Below, piece after piece: positions 60,301-64,000 of a stretch of DNA of 64,000 nucleotides. The stretch is from assembly GCA_965219585.1 (NCBI GenBank), contig CBDCOA010000003.1:1535390-1599389 (forward strand), read 5' to 3'. This DNA is from Bryobacterales bacterium. Its GTDB lineage: Bacteria > Acidobacteriota > Terriglobia > Bryobacterales > UBA6623. The translations under genes were made by a program, and so were the position numbers. The notes under the pieces are model-generated. The model was not told where the DNA came from. It ran no database searches and worked only from the letters and a program-made list of their open reading frames with translations. Each line of letters starts with the position of its first letter. Positions within the stretch are counted from its first letter, which is position 1.

Positions 60301-60726
60301 ACGGGTACGCCATTCTCTGTCCAAGCGAACACCGGCGATCTCAACGCGGCGGGTTCCGCGCAGATCGCTGACTGCCTCAGCGAGCCGCGCTATGTCAGGT
60401 CGGGCAGCAATGCCCTGTGGATTGACCCCGGCGCGTTTGCGCAGCCCACGGGCGCTCGTTTCGGCACCTGCGGCCCCAACAGCGTGCGCGGGCCTGGCCT
60501 CTTCAACCTCGACATGGGAATCTTCCGCAAGTTCCAGCTCAGCGAGAAGGTGACGCTGCAGTTCCGCGCCGAGGGCTTCAACATGACCAACACCCCTCAT
60601 TTCGAGCGGCCGAACAGCCGGAACGTGAATTCGGGAACGTTCATGATCCTGAATCGCATCCGCAACACCGGGCGAGAGGGCATCGACGAACGGTTCTTCC
60701 GCATCGGGCTGAGGCTCGGCTGGTAG
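57343..60726 (+). CDS. TonB-dependent receptor with an N-terminal carboxypeptidase-regulatory-like domain (Oar-like)
   Basis: Signal peptide, [43 protein letters not shown] and an aromatic C-terminus (LRLGW). SD AGGAGG upstream. Confidence 0.92.
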   Translation: MTTLPRAGWLAAGMLAIIGLIAPSATAQLIQGGIDGLVTDTTDAAIVGAEVTITNEDTGQVRETTTGAAGNYSFATVNTGNYTVTVRSDGFQASTTTGVVVSQNNVTRVNASLEIGQVTEVVTVEASAATLQTDRAEVRQEVTETTLRNVPVPLGRNYQMLFVTLPGFSPPQNAHSVPTNPTRAVRFSVNGTSRSNNNTRIDGASSTNIWVPHMTGYNPALESIETVNVVTNSFDAEQGLAGGAAINLQIKSGTNEVHGSAFEYHMNQHLKAYPFFSNRSSAQPKLINNQFGGTVGGPIKKNKWFYFLSYEGTYESRFAQRFIDMPTNAMRFGDLSGSPTPIYDPLTGIQDMLDSGYARDREPFPGNMVPRSRIDSGVSAMIHDPAFPDPNNVGNLLGGNGGSLGLGQNHVADGSTTFFRDTVDAKTNFNLSPTLTGFIRFSFLDYRMANAQTLGPFGGNRLHPTNSNPGTGFGNTYSGTISVTKVVSPTFIVDGYYGYTLVDTNVEQQRLDENLGWSVMQIPGLQSNRFIDGGWPRLRIDGFEGLGMSNSFQPYYRSDPQNQFVLNGNWTKGTHNIRFGTDIYLQDLDHNQPEFSGGTGAASGEFRFRQNTTERRGGESGNDYNAHAAWLLGFPQNAGKIWQFNENGYFTRTRLLSFYVRDRWQITPKLTMSYGVRYEIFPFPTRASRGLERYDFSNNTIWACGVGNIPKDCGIDVGKHNFVPRVGLAYRVDDDTVLRVGYGVTVDPFNWARPLRTNFPIMAKDGPGLPNSFGYSTTLRQGLEVINEPSLGDGVLDLPLNTVVRTMDTENLTRGYIQSWNFTLERRFGNWIATAGYVATRSVNQLAGLDQNWGDIGEGNPGRQLNKLWGRAATTTLFGSLGTAKYDSLQTKLERRFSNGVQVNLAYTWAHGRGYTDEDSGDGPGFFRIPRFYDRTYGDLNQDVRQNFQMTFIYETPFGKGKNLLVDSPLGMILGGWQINGLMSAYTGTPFSVQANTGDLNAAGSAQIADCLSEPRYVRSGSNALWIDPGAFAQPTGARFGTCGPNSVRGPGLFNLDMGIFRKFQLSEKVTLQFRAEGFNMTNTPHFERPNSRNVNSGTFMILNRIRNTGREGIDERFFRIGLRLGW

Positions 60727-60757
60727 GCTACACGCCTCCGCCCAAGTCCAAACACCC

Positions 60758-60790
60758 AGGGGCCGCGCTTCGGCGCGGCCCCTTATTCTT
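60758..60790 (+). terminator. Intrinsic terminator after the TonB-dependent receptor
   Basis: AGGGGCCGCGC-TTCG-GCGCGGCCCCT hairpin (UUCG tetraloop) followed by TATTCTT. Confidence 0.8.
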
Positions 60791-61143
60791 GTGCGCCCAA
60801 CATGCTCGGTGCCTGGACAGTCCCTCGCACGATCCCATGGAGGTGTCCTGCAGGCGCAGCGCTGGGAGGCCCTTGCGAGGCCGGCACTTAGGGACGCAGG
60901 GAGTAAGGCCCTCGCTGACAATCAGCAGCCGGATACGAGGGGTACTGCTTCGGACAGGCTGGCAGGGACGCTGGGGCACTACTCGACAGATGCCGGAAGC
61001 GATAGGTGATAGAGCGATTGCATCGAGCAGCTCTGGACCTCGGTCGGTGAGAAGGGGCGGTAGACCAGCGGGCTAAGGAGGTGCCGCTCCTAGAGGTTCA
61101 GATCGCACCGCTCGTCGGCCTCGCGCCAATCTGCCGCCCTGCT

Positions 61144-61435
61144 TCAAACCAGTTTCAGCCCGGCGCTTGCAAAGCGCCGAAAGTCCGCGAGATTCGCCAT
61201 CGCCAGGCGCTCACCATCATGGATTGCCGCAGCCGCGATCGGGCAGGCCGAGAGTGAACTGCGGCGACCAGACCCGCTGAAGAGACGAGCGGCGATTCCA
61301 GCGTCTTCGAAAGTGAGGTCGCGATGGACCTCCACGATTCCCAAAGCGAATTCTTCCTCTGGAGGCTCCATCGGGCCGCATGGACTCCGGCCCAAGCGAT
61401 GGCGCTTAGGACGACTGCCTCGTCGGGGTCTGCGA
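61144..61435 (-). pseudogene. Degenerate PIN/VapC toxin (frameshifted, N-terminus missing)
   Basis: EAVVLSAIAWA in one frame continues as CGP...AARLFSGSGRR..L.AC.IAAAAI...LAMANLADFRRF in another frame. Confidence 0.65.
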
Positions 61436-61437
61436 CC

Positions 61438-61641
61438 TCAGTCTCTGGTGGTGCAGAGGAAGGAATTGGGGCTGGCTTCGGCGGTCTCGCCGACGATCGC
61501 GCCGTCGACGACGCGGTGGGTGGCAGCGCCAGTGTGCCGTCTCCAGCCCTGCAGAGTCTTGCCGTCGAGTAAATCAACCCAATCGGCCGCGAACGCGGGC
61601 GTCGCGATCAATCGGGAGAAAAGGATGAGAGCTCGAATCGT
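61438..61641 (-). pseudogene. N-terminal fragment of a DUF1080 (3-keto-disaccharide hydrolase-like) secreted protein
   Basis: After AAGGAGG the frame reads TIRALILF...AADWVDLLDGKTLQGWRR...VVDGAIVGETAEASPNSFLCTTRD*. There is no ATG and the stop is premature. Confidence 0.7.
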
Positions 61642-61820
61642 GCCCTCCTTGGAGGGGGATTTGGGCTCGCGCCTAAGGGTCGATCGGAGCTGAGCGAGCG
61701 ACTCTCGCGCAATGGTCTTCCGCCTTGTCGTTCGGACCTTGCCTAGTAGCTTCGTGTCTCAGGCCTTGGGTGAAGCGCTCTCGTGGTTGAAAGCGGGACA
61801 GATCGTGATATAACGTGCCC

Positions 61821-62651
61821 ATGTCAGCAAGCCAATCGAAGCAGGCCTTAATTGCCGGGCTCGCTTGCCTCCTCACCGCCTGCGCGAGCCCGACCGAGCG
61901 TTTCTCCATCGTCATGCTACCCGACACTCAGTTCTACAGTGAGAAACACCCTGAAATCTTCCACGCCCAGACTCAATGGGTTGCTGAACACGTGGAGAGC
62001 GAGAACATCCGGTTCGTCACCCACGTGGGAGACGTCGTGCAGAACTGGGATCAATCGGAAGCGGAGTGGAACGTAGCTGAGGAAGCAATGGGGCGACTCG
62101 ATGGGATCGTGCCGTGGGGAGTGGCAATCGGAAACCACGATTACGACTTAGGACAGGATGGTCAACCGAGTCGAGAAGCGTCAGCGTTCTTGAAACGGTT
62201 CGGCCCGCAACGCTTTGATCGTCGCGACTGGTTCGGAGGATCTCATCCCAACGGCATCAATACCTATCAGCTGTTCGAGGCTGGCCTACGCTCGTTCTTG
62301 ATCTTGCACTTGGAAGCAGACGTGCCGGACGACGTCATCGATTGGGCTGAAGGCGTTCTGGAAGCGCACCCGGAACTGCCGGCGATCGTCACAACCCACA
62401 TCTACATCAGCGACAAGATTGGCGGCCGCACGCAGGCGGCTTACATGGGAGGAGAAGGGGCAAACTCGGGCGAGGAAATCTGGCAGAAGTTCATTCGCAA
62501 GAACTCCCAGATCTTCATGGTCCTTTGCGGCCACTGGGACACAGTCGGCGGGGAGTGGAAGCAGGTCTCGATGAATGACGCCCAGCAGGAGGTCATCGAG
62601 GTGCTGGCCGACTTCCAAACCCGTGAGGTAACTACTCAGGCCCTTTTTTGA
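61821..62651 (+). pseudogene. Calcineurin-like metallophosphoesterase lipoprotein, C-terminally truncated at about 62628
   Basis: Lipobox LTAC and motifs PDTQ, GDVV, GNHD, TTH and CGH. It ends abruptly as DFQTRE-VTTQALF*, where the putative element end begins. Confidence 0.75.
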
Positions 62652-63351
62652 CTATGTGTCTTGTCGCCTGAGCTCACGCGCAGCAATGCTTGCGCTGGTT
62701 GGGGCCGGGTCGGTTTCGAACGGTTGCTCGTGGCGGGGTGCTGGCTCTGAGCGGGAACCGTTGTGAGCGGCCAGCGGCTCGCTTGCGGGCCCAGCCGCTG
62801 GCGCGCTTGACAATCTGGTTGTGGCCGCCTATGTTGCTGGTTAAGGGAGCCTTCGGCAGCGCACGCGGCGATGGGAGCTTGGTACGGATCGAAGGCGACC
62901 TCGGGTCTGTGCCAGCCGCTGATCGCGGCCATGCCGCCGCATGCCACCTATATCGAGACCCATCTCGGCGGCGGCGCGCTCATGCAGCGCAAGCCGCCGG
63001 CGCTGCGCAACATCGGCATTGATCGCAACGCCCGCTCGCTCCGTGCGTTCCGCTGTGCGTACGAAGTGGAACTGGTGCACGGCTGCTGCCACCGCTTCCT
63101 GGCCCAGTTCCCGTTTGCGGGCGACGAGCTGGTCTACTGCGACCCGCCCTATCTGCACAGCACCCGCAAGTCGCAGCGCCGCTACCGCTATGACTACACG
63201 CCGGCCGATCACGAGCAACTGCTGGCGTTGCTCAAGGGCCTGCCCTGCCAGGTGATGATCTCCGGCTATCCCTCGCCACTGTACGAGCGAGCGCTGCAAG
63301 GCTGGCACAGCCTGTCGCTGCAGGTGATGAACCAGGCCGGGGTGGTGACCG
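62628..63351 (+). mobile_element. End of a probable IS66-like element carrying a DNA methyltransferase
   Basis: GTAACTACTCAG at 62628-62639 coincides with the phosphoesterase truncation, and GTAA termini are typical of the IS66 family. The other end is not in the window. Confidence 0.45.
62807..62835 (+). promoter_or_regulatory. Sigma70-type promoter of the methyltransferase
   Basis: TTGACA-17 nt-TATGTT, 35 nt upstream of the ATG. Confidence 0.65.
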
Positions 63352-63428
63352 TGCGGATTCTGGCGAAAAGGGTCAGTAATCCGAAGGAAAAGGGTCAGCG
63401 TTCTGGCCGAAAAGAATCACTGTTCTGA
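62871..63428 (+). CDS. Compact Dam-like N6-adenine DNA methyltransferase, interrupted at about 63351 by an IS21-like end
   Basis: YGSK, YIETHLGGGA (motif I), YCDPPY (motif IV) and VMISGY. The C-terminal residues after AGVVT derive from the IS end. Confidence 0.82.
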   Translation: MGAWYGSKATSGLCQPLIAAMPPHATYIETHLGGGALMQRKPPALRNIGIDRNARSLRAFRCAYEVELVHGCCHRFLAQFPFAGDELVYCDPPYLHSTRKSQRRYRYDYTPADHEQLLALLKGLPCQVMISGYPSPLYERALQGWHSLSLQVMNQAGVVTVRILAKRVSNPKEKGQRSGRKESLF

Positions 63429-64000
63429 CGAAAAGGGTCAGTTCGGAGCGCAGCGACGCTGACGGATCCTAGTATGCCATCAGGGAGGCACCTCCTTGCA
63501 TGGATTCCCGGTTCCCGGGAAGATGGGACATCATCATCATTCTGTTCCTCCTGTGTCCGCGGCGGCCGCGTCGAGTGGCCGGGGCTGCGGCTCTGCCTGT
63601 GTCAAATTTGGGCGGGCAGGCGGGCTCCCTGGCCAGCCTCCGTTGCGCGCCCAATGTTGCTCACACCGCAGCAAGTGCTGGCGCAGGTGCTGCCAGTACT
63701 GTGGCGGGTAGGTTTGCGGGGTGGCGGCGAGCACCTCTTCCAGCAGTGGCTGGAAGTAGTGCAGGCTGCGAATCGGCAGCCCGGCCGGCTGTGCGAGCAG
63801 TGTGATGGACTTGCGCGCGCAGCCGAGCAGGATGGCGTTGCGGGCGGTTTCCAGCGGGACTGCGGAACTGTGCCAGTGCCGCGCCAGGCACTCGTCAGCG
63901 GAGTTGAAGCGGCCCTGCACGCAGCTGGGCTGCAAGAAGGCCTGGCGCACGCTGGCGACATAGTTGGCGGCGGGATCGGCCGCTGGGGCCAACTCGGAGT
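63352..64000. mobile_element. End of an IS21-like element (continues beyond the window)
   Basis: Starts TGCGGATTC, followed by four ~22-bp-periodic repeats: GAAAAGGGTCAG at 63365, 63387 and 63430, and the variant GAAAAGAATCAC at 63409. This is the multi-repeat architecture of IS21 ends. Confidence 0.7.
63537..64000 (-). CDS. Hypothetical protein inside the IS21-like element (5' end outside the window)
   Basis: The frame is open to the window edge and reads as plausible protein: YVASVRQAFL...AILLGCARK...PIRSLHYFQPLLEEV. Confidence 0.6.
   Translation of the reverse strand, partial: SELAPAADPAANYVASVRQAFLQPSCVQGRFNSADECLARHWHSSAVPLETARNAILLGCARKSITLLAQPAGLPIRSLHYFQPLLEEVLAATPQTYPPQYWQHLRQHLLRCEQHWARNGGWPGSPPARPNLTQAEPQPRPLDAAAADTGGTE

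Noticed and set aside
60791-61140. Unassigned 350-bp region after the TonB receptor terminator
   Set aside because: No convincing ORF, repeat or RNA motif. It is probably decayed sequence next to the pseudogenes.
62761-62770. TTGTGAGCGG resembling half of the lac operator
   Set aside because: The second half-site is absent and there is no vector-like context.
63365-63441. Possible mini-CRISPR or iteron array
   Set aside because: Repeats of 12 bp with 9-10 bp spacers are too short for CRISPR, no cas or rep gene is present, and the pattern fits IS21-type ends.

Overview
GC-rich bacterial chromosomal segment, most consistent with Acidobacteriota (Bryobacterales-like). This placement is inferred from the IF2 N-terminus, the carboxypeptidase-domain TonB receptor, the DUF1592/DUF1552 module and several sulfatases. 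Core genes: rimP-nusA-infB-DUF503, rho, alaS, thiE and rplM-rpsI-rpsB-tsf-pyrH-frr. Between them lie secreted or periplasmic catabolic genes (four Cys-type sulfatases, beta-propellers, a ThuA-like protein, a PhyH-SSS-dehydrogenase operon). Three complete insertion sequences have readable inverted repeats and target duplications: an ISKra4-like element with a -1 frameshift site (6633-8520), an IS1182/IS5-like element (20833-22314), and an IS4 element whose transposase is fused to a DUF4338/DruA-like, possibly Mom-like, domain (32621-35085). The right end holds nested elements: a probable IS66-like end carrying a compact adenine methyltransferase, itself cut by an IS21-like end. An islet at 36.7-39.4 kb contains a PIN toxin-antitoxin pair, an AbrB remnant and a DRB0094-family RNA ligase preceded by a striking AT-rich tandem palindrome. 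Best leads: transposon-borne DNA-modification domains, the operator-controlled RNA ligase, and an apparent non-AUG start for infB. No rRNA, tRNA or CRISPR array was seen. All family assignments come from recognising motifs by eye, not from database searches.
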